A DNA stretch of 64,000 nucleotides from the NCBI GenBank assembly GCA_951804945.1, contig OX638149.1:37014001-37078000 (forward strand), written 5' to 3'. Position 1 is the stretch's first letter. Every line of letters starts with the position of its first letter. Source of the DNA: Podarcis cretensis. Lineage: Eukaryota. The position numbers and the translations under genes are program-made. Shown here piece after piece: positions 12,501-25,900 of the stretch. The notes below the pieces were generated by a model. That model did no database searches, was not told the DNA's origin, and saw nothing but the letters and a program-made list of their open reading frames with translations.

Positions 12501-15500
12501 TGGCTTTGTTTTATCTCCCACACTATTCAACAACTACATGAAACCAGTCTTAGAAACTCAGACATATACGTTAATCGCCAAATGAGATCTTAAACCTAGG
12601 TTACAGTCATCACAGTGAAATGTCTAGGTGCCTTTTTGTGGTGAGATCTATTATTGTTATTAATTTCATTTCTATACCGCTTTAGATTTTAAAGAAAAAA
12701 TTAAAAAGTCTTCTACAGCACATTAAAACATCAGATACTGTAAAACAATCCAGAATAAAACGAATTTGAGTATCAAGGGAAATATATCACTTTGCTTTCC
12801 TCATAGTTATTTAACTACTTAATTTATATAGTGCCCCATAGCAGAAGAACTGTAGGAAGCCAGTGTGGTGTAGTGGTTTGAGTCTTGGACTAGGACCTGG
12901 GCCTTCTTGGTAGTGGTGCCCTCCCTGCAGAAATCCCTCCCTTCAGATGTCAAGGAGATAAAGAATTACACAACTTTTAGAAGACATCTGAAGGCAGCCT
13001 TGTATCAGGAGGTTTTTAATGCTTGATGTTTTTATTATGTTTTTGATATGTTGTTAGCTGCTCAGAGTGGTTGGGGAAACCAGCCAGATGGACAGGGAAT
13101 AATAATAATAATAATAATAATAATATCATTAGGGTTCAAAACCCCTCAGTCATGAAGCTGTGGACCATTCACAGTGACCATTGGACCATTGTGTCCAATG
13201 TGACCGTGGACCATTGTGACCGTGGACCATTCACAGCCTCTTAGTCTACCTCACAGGGTCATTGTAGGGATTAACTGAGGAGGAGGGTGAGCCATGTACT
13301 TCTTGGAGAAAAAGGTGGGATATAAATGCAGTAAATAAGCTTTTCTGCTTGCCTGCTTAAGAAAGCAGTAGGGGCCAGCCAGATAGAGATGTCAGTCGCC
13401 AACTTGGCACCCACAGATTTCCAGTGGTTGCAGTTGGACCCGTGCCAGTAGCAGAACTGTCCTGGCGCCTGGGGAATTTCTATCACTAGAAACCACTGTG
13501 GGTGTGCTGAGGTGTTACCAATATGTGGCTGGCACCCAGCTTTATATCTCCTTTTCATTTAATCCAAGTGAAGCAGTGAGTGTTCTGAGCAAGTGCTTAA
13601 ACTCGGTAATGGACTGAACTAAACTAAGACTTAAACTGCAATGTGTTGTATTTGGGACTGCCTTTGAAAATGTTCTTGAGACCACAGACATAATACAGCA
13701 GCCAGGCTATTTATTGGGACTGGTATTAATTACTCCTCTACATGGTCACTTGCTCTCTCTTCCAGGCAGTTTCCATTGGGATCCTTATCAGCTGCTCTTC
13801 TTCGGGATCATCTGTTTAATGAAGTGAACAATGTGGTTACTAGGGAGAGGGCCTTTTCAGTGGTGGCACTCAGTTTATGGAATGATCTTTCCAGAAAGCC
13901 TTGCCTGGATTGTGGTTTTCCTGGAATCATGTGAATACCTTTTTTTCCCTCCCAGGACTTTTAATTTCAGTTTTAATCATAGTGGGTACATCTTTCTGGT
14001 GTGCTAGATCTTTGCACCATTCCCCTCTTTCTGTTGATGATTTTATATTGCTTTCATTTTTTTTAGATGCTGTAGTCAGGCTAGTTTTAGATTAGCCTTC
14101 TATATTTTTTTTAAAGTTTTTGGCATTTCTGCTCTGTAACAGTTTGAACAGTATTGGTATATGTTTTGTTTCTGTCAACTTCCCAGAAAACTATGTTGTA
14201 TTTGTAGTATAAGTAGCTATAAGAATAGTGAAATAATAAATAAAATGCAGCATTACAGGTGCACTTTGTGCCGCTCATATTAGAGACACAGTTTTTGCTC
14301 TGATTAGGATGACTAATGTAGCTGGCATTCTCATGCTCCTTTCTCCTGTGGCATGTTTCTAGTCTCTTCCTTTCACTGATGTGCCATAGGTGGTCATGGT
14401 GTGGGAATGACAAAATAAATTTATTACAGAGTACAGTCATACCTCATGTTACATCCGCTTAATGTTATGTTCTTTCAGGTTACATCCTGCGGCGACCCAG
14501 AAGTACCGGAAAGGGTTACTTCAGGGTTTCGCCGCTCATGCATGCGCAGATGTGGTGAATCGCAACCCATGCGTTCGCAGACGCACCGCTGTGGGTTGCA
14601 CTCTTTTCATGTTGCGGACGGGCCTCTGGAACGGATCCCGTTCGCAACCAGAGGTACCACTGTATAACAGTATACAGTGGTGCCTCGCAAGACGAAATTA
14701 ATCCGTTCCGCGAGTCTCTTCGTCTTGCGGTTTTTTCGTCTTGCGAAGCACGGCTATTAGCGGCTATTAACGGCTTAGCGGCTATTAACGGCTTAGCGGC
14801 TTTAAGAAAAAGGAAACAAACTCGCAAGAACTCGCAAGACGTTTCGTCTTGCAAAGCAAGCCCATAGGGAAATTTGTCTTGCGAAGCATCTCAAAAAATG
14901 GAAAACTCTTTCGTCTAGCGAGTTTTTCGTCTTGTGAGGCATTCGTCTTGCGGGGCACCACTGTAACAATTTTTTGTTGGAATAGACTTATACCCTTGAA
15001 GTAAATGAGTTTCAGAAACAAGCTTTCAATATTATTTAGATTCCGGTACAGAAAACCCCCCACAAATGAACAAGTGGTTTTCAAAAGGGAAGGAGTGTCT
15101 GTTTATCCTGTTGATTTACTCAGCTCCTTTTGAGATGAAAAATTTGCAATGCATCTTCACACTCACTCAGTTAAAACTTGCTGAATTTGTAGCAGGAACA
15201 CTACTTCAAAATAATCACATGCCTTCCTCAAAGTGATTTACAATAAATAACTATTAAAAACAGTAACATAAGAAAGCCACTTTGGGAGCATTTGAAATGT
15301 GGACCAACTTGATTTTGCATCGGATCTTGTGTAGTGATTTTTCTCTGAATACTTAACATTGTCTTCCATATAAAACAGTTGTTTCTATTTGAACTCTCTT
15401 GTACAAGCTGTTTGCCCTCCTGGACTACTTTATGTGAGAAAAACAGTTCATTCCACCTTTAATCAAGACTGTGCAGTTCTCCGTAGGAAAGTCCCCTGTT

Positions 15501-18500
15501 GCATAAGAAACTGACATTAGCTGTTCTACTGTCAGCCTTCACAGAATATCTGTATTGATCTTTTTTCTGTCATCTCTGCTGCTGTTTTTAACATTTTGCT
15601 TTCAGTTATAATTAACACATATGAAGCTGATACATTTACATAATGCATGATGGAAAACTAAATTTGTGAGAGATATAAGAAAGTAGCAAGGGGTGTCATA
15701 TCAAATTTGTTGGGGAGGGTTACGACTTAGTGTGTAGAACCCATGTGTATGATAGCGATATAGGCAGTCCAGAAGCTGATCGTGCATTCTTTTCAAGCAT
15801 AAAGGGATGTGTGAATGCACTTTTGCTTACTTAAACAGCACTTCCAAATAATCCTTGAATAAATCCAACTTGTGATCTTGCTCTCCTCATTCAGATTCAT
15901 AGTTTTACCAACTTTATAAGCAAGCTGCATTTAGAAGAATGCTTGTAGTAAGCGTTGGAGCTCCAGTTTTACAGGGAAAACCTTGGGTTGAGATCATCCA
16001 AAGCAATACAGTCTCAATGATACATGTAATATCCTTATAATATTGATTGATATATCATTGATATTACATGTAACCAACAAAATATAACCACCACTATTTA
16101 TTTAAATAAATAAATAAATAAATAAGAAAGTGAGTAACCATTTTTGGTCCAGAAACCTTCCCCTAAAGGAACATTTTTGACCATCTTATGGAAAATTGTT
16201 CCCTAAGGGGGCAAAATGAGCCTACTTCGGAGAGGGAGTTCTAGAGCCAAGTCTTACATACTAAAAAGACTCTCAGCATGGTCTCCAGAAGGCACATTTC
16301 TGTGATGCTGTGATGCATAGTAGGGTCTATACTAATGATTTCAGTAGGCAAGGAGCTTCTTATCAGAGATGGTGGTCCTTCAGATATCACTGTTCCAAAC
16401 AAGGAGTTAAGACCAGCACGTTGAATTCAGCCCAGAGCCTCTATGCTTTCTATCAGCTGCCCTTGTCAACAGCTTGGTTATACCATTCTGGACTGATTGT
16501 AGTTTCCAAGCACTCTTACAAAGAAAACGTTAGAGAAAGGAAGGTCTAGGATTGGCTCACTCTTTCCTGGATATTGTAATTTCTAGAGATCTTGTGGTCT
16601 GTATTCTCTGGTTCCAGCTTTCCCCCTAACACCATCCTAATCAGTTTCTTCTTGGAGGAAATCACCATTATCCCACTGATGGAAAAAATACACTTTAATA
16701 ATTTTTGTTTAAGCATGGACACTGCCATGGCTTTCATATGATTGACATTGTTTCCTTGTTATGACCATTTAACATTTGTTCAGTCCTTCCACAAGTATCT
16801 GTACAACTCATTCTCAGAATGGTGTTGCAATTGATAAATTATTATGGGGAGAGCCTCGCTCACACTTATTAATGCCATGTTATGCCGTTGTATACTTTGA
16901 AACAAACAGAGAATCAGGCTCCATTGAAGAAGGGGCATCGAACACAGTCACCAGATACTCCTGTTTTCTCCAGCTGCAGCCTGGCTTAGGCTTGATTGAA
17001 GAAGGATAATCAAACACGGTTTCTAGGCACTACTGTATTCCACAGCACCAGAAGTAGAAAGGGAGGCAATTTGCAGTCTTTGGAGTTTATAAGCTGTGTT
17101 AAGAACATTCATACAACTGTGAATATCATAGTGATTCTTCGTAATTTACAGAAGTTATTTCTGCCTTCAGTGATATGAATAAATCAGTGATGTCCTATAT
17201 ATGTCTATTTAGATAGAAGGCAGTTCCAGTGGGTGACATACAGTTTTGTCCATCTGCAAGCAAAACACTTGTGCAATGGGACTTCCCTTTCCTCTTCTTC
17301 CTCCTGCACCACCCCTAAAACTGCTGTGAACAGTAGGAAGAACATCTGGAGCTGATTTGGGAGGGTGCTGCAGGAGGGAATGGAGGAAGATGATGTCCTG
17401 GTACTTCTGCTTGTACCGCATTGAATATCACCTGTTGAGTTCAGTGGGATTTACTTTTAGGTAAACAGAGAATTTGCAGACTAATTCTATATGTTTATGG
17501 ATGGATGCCTTCTAGTGTTTTCTTGATTCATTCAAAGTGTATTTAAGATTGTTTTGTAGCTGGGCCAGGTACAATTACATACCAGTCACTTTAATGGCTC
17601 TATTTTCACTATCCTTTTTTTAACATTGGGTTTTTTATTATATTTTGAAATAGGCAGGTGGAAATATACAACAGGTTCAGTGGTAGAACTAGACTATTTT
17701 AAATACACATGGCTTAAGCATCATGAATGATACCAATATAAGTAGAGCACCCACACGATTTCATGTATATTTGCCTAATATCAGACTGGAATATTACCTA
17801 CCAAGAAAGATAACATGCCATATAATGGAAAATCACTGGTGCGTTTCTAATTTCTTTCTGGCCATTCTTGACTATTCAGTTTTTATGGTAACAGTGATGT
17901 ACTATGAAAGTGGTAAGAAAGTAAAACTCATTTCTCAATATAGGCTAAGGTTAATAACTCAGATTGTGTCGTGTACATTTTTATGTACATCTTACCTGAG
18001 CAGATTGCAGTTGATCACTCTTCCTCCGCACAATGACAGGAAAGTAGGCTGACTGTCAGATTTTTCTTTCTTCTCCTTAGCTATATATCACAACCCACTT
18101 GTGTCTCAGTCGTTAATGTAGTCACTCTGGTGGGAGGAGAACCTGTGGATTTAGCTGGCTGGCACTTAGCTGTTACCTCTGGAACTGTGTTTTGTTTATT
18201 AAAATTATTCGTATACTGCCTTTTATTTCAAAGAAATGTCAGAGTAGTCTACAGAATAATAAAACAGGATGTAATTAAATAGAACAACAAAAACCTTTTC
18301 AATAAAAATATGTATCAGTCAAAGTAACCAGAAATGCCAGGAAGTGGGATTAACAGTTGAGGAAAGTTCAAGTAAAGAGGTATATTTTTAATTATTGGCA
18401 GAACCATTTAGCTATCAGCGCCTGCCTTATCTTCATAGGGGGATTATTCATTCTCTGTAGTCGCCACCAAAGAAAAAGCGATTTTGGTGTTCTGTTTAAT

Positions 18501-19924
18501 ACTCTGAACTACTCTTCCACCAGCTACGTTGTTGTTCTAGGAAATTAAATTCCTTTGCTTGTAGCCATTTTGTTGGGTTGTGAGGAAATCCTGGCTGCTA
18601 AAAAGGTGCACAGAATTTTCATCTACAGTTCAGGTAGGACCTGAATGAATGGATTCAAGTTACAAGAAAGGAGATTCCAACTAAATACAGTGGAACCTCG
18701 GTTGTCGAACGTAATCCATTAAGGAAGCCCGTTCGACTTCCGAAACGTTCAACAACTGAGGCACAATGGGCGGTCGGCAGTTTCAATGGAGAAACGTGCC
18801 TCGGAAGCCATTCGACTTCCAAGGCGCGTTCGAAAATGGAAGCATTCACTTCTGGGTTTTCGGCGTTTGGGTTCCGAATCGTTCTGCTTCCGAGACACTC
18901 GAAAACTGAGGTTCCACTGTATTAGGAAGAACTTTCTGGTGGTAAGAGTTGTTCAACATTGGAACAGACTCCCTCAGAAGGTGGTGGACTCGCCTTCATT
19001 GGAAGTTTCTAGGCAGAGGTTGGATGGCCATCTGTCACGGATGCTTTAGTTGTGATTCCTGCATTTAAATTTTTCTCTGATGTTTATTTTCCTTTTGTCT
19101 TTTTCCTTTTATTTTCCTTTGCTCCCCCCCTTTCTCTTTCCTCTCTTGTTTCTTTCCTTTTCTTTTTTCTTCTTTTCACATTCTTTGCCTTCTTTCTTTT
19201 TTCAGTGGATATATTTAGGGCCTTTGTTAAGCTCCAGGGCTTGTGTACTCATGGGTGGGAGACAGGGTAATGTTGGTCTTCCAGGGTGAGAGGTTAGGAG
19301 GAGAAAGGAAAGATGCCAGGTGAGAGCTGGGAGGAGCTGCTACCTTTTGTTGGAAGTGGGGGCTGAGAATTGTCTTTAAGAACTGGCAGAATCTGAGACC
19401 AGGGAGAAGAGTCGGTAAAAGAAGATTGGAAGAAATTTAAAGTCTATTTACAGAAACACTGTAAAATTAAGGAATGTTAGAGGGAGGTTGGAATGAAGCT
19501 AAGTGGTATTAGCAATAAGGTGGTTAAGGGGTATGTAAAAATGGATTGTTAACATGTAAAAATGCAAAGCTATAATATATTACGATAAAGTATCAAGATA
19601 AATGCAAAAAGGGTAAGGACTTGCTGAAACAACAATTGAACTAGAATACAAAAGAGGGAGGTGTGAGGAGGTCAGGGAAATAAGTAAAAGAAAGATAAGA
19701 TATGGAAAGATTGAAATGTTTTTAATTGCTTTTTTACTTTTTCTGTATTTTGTATTTTGTATTTTTTGTTTTCTTTTTCTTCTTTCATTTTTGTAATTCT
19801 TTTGAAACTTTAATAAATATTATTATTAAAAAAAGAGAATTGTCTTTAAGAGAGGACTCCATTCTCTTGTTTTTATTTTTTTTTTGTAATTGTTATCTTA
19901 TTGTATTGTGATGATGATGATGAT

Positions 19925-19961
<37 letters not shown>

Positions 19962-22900
19962 GCTGAAGGTGTGAGGAAATTCCACGATAATGGAATTTTT
20001 CTTGTGCACCTCTGAATCCAAACCAATGAATACTTTATGGTCCAATTTCATAAATATTTCATAAAACTTTAAAAGTAGATACTAATGATCCTGTTTGGAA
20101 AGGACATGCTAATTATGTGTCAGAGTATAATGTTTTCTGCCAGAATATAATGTTGCATTTGACAAGGCTGCACTTCATTTATTTGTATATGGGAACTCTT
20201 TTACCCCAGAGATTTTTCTGTCACTTCAAAGTGAGGAATAGAGCACAGGTTTAGGGATATCATATGCAGGATAAACACAATAGATCCAGATTTTACTGTT
20301 ACATTTTATATGTGAGTCAAGTGTGCAGACCTGTTCCTTCTGTTGTCAACTATATTAATAATGCAAAATCTTTGACAAGCTGGTTAATCTCTCAGAGGGT
20401 TTTGAAAGAACATTTATGTTGACTGTAGAATTTGATTTACTGGAATTTATTGGAAATAGTGTGTGTGTGTGTGTGTGCGTGTGTGTTTAAAATCGTTTGG
20501 TTTATTTTTAGTGCTGTTACTGGCATCCTATTATTATTTTTAAAAACTGCAACACCTGGCAGATTAGTAACATCAGTTGAAATTGGTCATTCTAATTGAC
20601 TATTAAATCATTTTACTTTTTCACAAAACAGGAATTTCTATTAGGTCACATATAACTTAAGTCCATTGAGCTCAGTGGGTATGTTCTGAGGATGACTAAT
20701 ATTGGATCTTACTCATTGTTTATTTGTTTGTTTATTACAGGAATTTTAAAAATAAAACTTAGAATATATGCCTTGAAAACTTCTGGCAGGAGTATACATT
20801 CAGTGATGATATATGTGAACAAGAGACTTGAATTGAAAATTCTAATTTGACTTTTATGTTTTCAGGCTCGGATCGCATTTTTGCAAGGTGAAAGAAAAGG
20901 TCAAGAAAACTTGAAGAAAGATTTAGTAAGAAGAATAAAAATGTTAGAATATGCATTAAAACAAGAAAGGTATGTGTACCATTTCTCTAATCTGAGAAAT
21001 TTTTTGGATATTTTAAAATGTACAATTCCTGTAAGGAAATTGGCCGCAGGTTAGAAAATATATTGACTAAAAGAAAAAGGGAAAAAGCAATCCACTTAAT
21101 GTTTACATGGTAAAATCTCATTTCTGAGTTGGATCTGCCCGAAATAAACTCTCCTGTTACTTGAAGTGCTTTGACAACTTAGTTCAACATTGAAACTCAC
21201 ATCAGCAATTTCTGCCATCAGTTTTTTGTTGCAGACACTGGGATTGTTTCTGAATTCCACTCTGCACTATTTTCTTAGGGAGATAGCCACCTAATCGTGC
21301 AGTGGATTTCTGCTTGCACAACAGGACTTCTTTTCTGCTGACATTCAGATCACATTTTTGGGGGCATGTTGGGTGCTGTGCAGGAAAGGAGGAAGAGGAA
21401 GTCCCATTCTGCAAGTGAAAATCTGCCTGTGCAACACTGGCTGCCACTTTTATGTGTGTGTTTTTGTATGCAATGTAAAGTATTTTAACTTACCAAGACT
21501 TGATTAATGGAAATTAATCCATGGGCCTTTTCTCCCTTATAATAATTCTTACTGTAACGTGTTGTCACAGATGTGATAAATAAAGGAGCCTGATGGGATG
21601 AACAATGTCAGATTATGAGTATACTTGGACACTGTATTTAAAATCCCACAGATGTGACATTCCATTTTTTTCAGATATGTGGAAAGCCTCCTTTTTTCCT
21701 ATGACAGCACTATTGTGAATGCTTCCAGCTTAAGAATTTTGCTGCAGTAATGATCATGACAGTTGCAAAACAGTATCTAATGACTGAACAGAAGCAGTAA
21801 AATCTCTGAAAAGTTATAATTTAAAGGAAATGAAAAAGACATTTTGTTACAATTTGGGAAAGTAACATTTTCTGACTTAATAGGGAAGTTGCAAGCTTGT
21901 AAAAGAAGCATGCCTGCTTGAGACTTACAGGAATAATAGGAGTTTATAGAAATGAAAATTTTAAAAATGCAAGAGAGCCAAGCCTTCATGGCTACAGTGC
22001 TTCAATGCAGTATAGTTGTGCAAGCAGAAAATGATTAGACCATCAGTTAAGAATTCTACACTTCCACTCTCTTTAATAGAAGGCAGGAAGTCACTGGGTT
22101 CAAACAATGCCCTGTTTAGCATATACTTAACCATCCTCAAACACAGCATTTAAAATAGAAACAAAATGGATGGGTAGTTGTAGCTCAACTGCAAGGTTCA
22201 GAAAAAGGAAACTAAATGATCAAGGGCAGGTACCCTGTGAGGAAAGGTTGCAGGATGGAGGACTTTTTAATTTAGAGAAAACCTGCGTAAGAGGTGACAT
22301 AGAAGTTCATAAAATTATACAAGGCATAGAGAAAGTGGATAGAGAACATTTTCTCTCCTCTTGTACCACTCAACCTTGTGCATATCCATTGAAAATGAAT
22401 GTTGATAGATTCAGGAAAGAAAGTACTTCTTCACATAACATACAGTGGAAGGTGGAAGATAGACCTATCAAGCGTTACTGGTCGTGATGGCTACTGGAGG
22501 CAGTATTCTTCTGAATACCAGTTGCTAAAAACAGCAGGAGTGGAGAGTTCTCTTGTGCGCAGATCCTGCTTGCAGATTTCCACAGGCACCTGTGGTTGGC
22601 CACTGTGACAACTGGATGTTGGACTAGATGGGCCACTGAGAGTAGATTTTCCCTTGGCATTTCAGTGCCTGACATCTGCTTAGTCATTTAATGATTACAA
22701 TTTCCTGTTTGTTTTAGGAAGTGGGTGACTCTTTTGGTACTCCTACCTTTTTCACTAGGTCATTACATGAAATAAAATTTTGGAGGCTGTATGCAGAGTC
22801 ACGTGTGTCTGTTTTACAGTTAGAGAAATGAGGTAAAACTATTTTTCCGTTGTACATTTGTGGTTCTTATTTTTTAGAGAACACCAACTGCCAGAAATAG

Positions 22901-25900
22901 CTGCTATGGATATGTAGGTAACAGGAATATTAATTTGTAGTATGTTACATCTGAAGCAGCACTCATACCGTATTGCCCTTCTCCCTTCTGCCCCCTGGAA
23001 AGAATCTCCTGAGAGTGGAGGCCATTCGCGAAAGATTTTCCCTGACCTATAGAAGAAGCTTTATGGGGCTGCAGAGAGAAGAAGGGGACAAGGATTCCCC
23101 TTGCATGTGTCTTTGTGAGCATTGCTTTTAGATGCAATGCAGTGGGAAAACACAGAGGGAATTAATTTTCATTGCTGATCAATATGTTTATGTTTAATTT
23201 TTTAAGGGCAAAATATCATAAACTAAAATATGGCACAGAACTGAACCAAGGTGACTTGAAAATGCCAACTTTTGAATCAGGTAACAAACTATTTGCAACC
23301 GCTGAATTTAGTTTAAATTCTTCTATTGCTCACTTTTTATATAGAGAGAAATCCCTTCCCAACTGTGTAAGCAGTATCTTTGTACAGATCCAAGTGAATT
23401 TATTTCTATGCTAGTTTTTCTTGTCTTTATGCTGTGATTAATTTTCAGTATGATTTATAAGTATGATTATAAATCAGAGATAGATCTCAGTACCTGGGCT
23501 GAATGATGGGGTGTGTGGAAACACTCCTTCAGATGGCCCTAATAGTATGATATCCAGATATTTGAAAAAACAGGAAAGCAGAGATTCCGAGAAACAAAGA
23601 AGTGAGTATGTATTGCATGCGCATGTGCGCATGCAAATTCACAAATGATATTCTGCTAAAAGTATAAAGTCCTCAGGAAAAATTGGGGAAGATAAAAAGG
23701 AACAGGTCCATAAAGTATCTTGTTAGTTTTTGAAAAAGCAGAGTCTTGTATGGAGTAAGAGCAAAAATTCCTTGGCTGTTACTTTCTCAGGATTTAAGTG
23801 CATCCCCATGTATAAACAAACGTTCACATGGAAAGTTGGCATAGCAGGAGTATATGCATATCAGAAGCTATAGCGTAGTCTTCCAAATATGCTTGCTTTC
23901 CCATGCATTTTTAACTGGGGAGCATTCAAACATGTAACCTTTATGTGCAATCAGAAGCGATAAAAAACATATCAACTAAAAAATAGAATTAGTTTTTCTG
24001 TCACTGTTTCATTTTCTACTTTGCAGCCAAATGGCTCTTAAAGACAAACAAACAAACAAACCCCACAAATTAAACCAGATCATTAATGGAGCAGAATCTT
24101 CATCAAAATAAAATCGACAGGACATAGAATAAGTAAAATGTACTATTCTGTGTGCCGCATTCTGTACAAGATTTGCAGTGAAAGTGTTACTAAAGTGTTA
24201 TTTTGCATTTCAGAAGAAACCAAAGATACAGAGGTTCCTACAGTACCTCATAATAGTCAGCTAACCTGGAAGCAAGGCAGACAGTTATTAAGACAGTAAG
24301 TGTTACATTTGTATACTTTTCATATATTTATATATACTGTATTGTTTTATTTTGAGATTGTTTTATGATCGCTTATGGTAGCCTATACACATAGAAGCAA
24401 GTATTTTAAAATATGTCTTTCTTATGGGGAAGTGTTGCATGGGAAGGAACACTTGGAAGTGCAAATCAATAGAGCCTGGAGGCAATTCAGTAATTTGTTT
24501 TTAAAAACCCAAAACAATTCAGTATTGATACCGTAAATCCTTGTAAAGCACATCTTATTTAGATATGTGGGAGTTTGTGTATGTATATGAAGATAATGCT
24601 TTCACTCTTATTCATTAGGTATCTTCAGGAAGTAGGTTACACAGATACAATATTGGATGTACGGTCACAGAGGGTGAGGTCTTTACTTGGGCTTTCCAGT
24701 TCAGAACCAAATGGCTCAGTGGAGACAAAAAATTTGGAACAGATTCTTAATGGTGGAGAATCAAAACAAAAGGGACAGGACAATAAAAGGTAGGCAATGC
24801 AATTTTATTTATTCATTTAAAAAACATATCATGTCTTTTGGCTGAAGCAGATGTCTATATGTACCTAAAAACTGACATCTTTTTTATCTAGGAGAATCTA
24901 CTGCATTAGAAAGTGATAATTATAATATGTATAAATCCAAGATGTGTTTCTTCACTTAGAGGGTGCTTCTATTTTCAAGTGAGAAGCATTCTGGGCCTTC
25001 ATTGCATGTGAATTGCTGCTTACTTTCCTCAGGGGATCTTTGGTCTAGTTTGGAGATACTAGAAGCAACCATCCTGCTTTTGCTGTCTTCTAGACCTGAC
25101 ACTTTTTACCACTTCCTTCAAACTGTGGCACAGACAACCTGCTACAGACTGAGAAAAAAGCAACATACTGCCCTGCCTTCCTAGAGAATAAAAAAGTGGA
25201 AGGAGGTGAGGCAGTAATTCAAAAATACCTGTTCTGTGTGCCAAATCCTCGGAGGAAAAATCTGAAAATTTAGCTAGAAATCTTTGAAATCCCATATTCC
25301 TTGTTGTCTTTGTGCATATCAATGAGATTTTTTAAAGGGTTTTCTTGACCATGGAATCTTAATTCAGAAAGCAGCCATAGCTGTTTACCAACATTGAAAA
25401 TATTTTTCTCTTGTAGGAACCCTGGTGATGTTCTTGAAACATTTAATTTCTTGGAAAATGCAGATGATAGTGATGAAGAAGAAGAGAGTGACATGATAGA
25501 AGATATTGCAGACGGAAAAGAAAAACACCGGATAAATAAAAAACACAAAGTAAAAAAAAAGTCTTAGTTTTATTGTTCTGTTGTTCAACCCAACAGCACA
25601 GATAGGGTCATCTTATTACCACTGTCAGTACACAGCTAGTAATCCAACAGATTTTGGAATAAAGTTAATTGAACCTACTTGAAGAGTTTAAGACTGTAAC
25701 TTCTGCAGTGCTTCCCTGAACTGAGGTAAAGCAGGCTGAAAATAACTGGCTGGAATAGGTACATAATGTATTCAAATGTAGAACATATAATGCTCCCTTA
25801 TATCTGTTCAGATGGTTGAAAGTCAATATAGCATGGTGATTGAGTGTTGAACCAGGATTGGAAAGACCCTGGTTCTAATCTCCACTCAGCTATGAGGATC

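Noticed and set aside
13155-13235. GTGACC/GGACCATT short repeats as a CRISPR-like array
   Set aside because: No unique spacers; a small tandem expansion within a SINE in a eukaryote.
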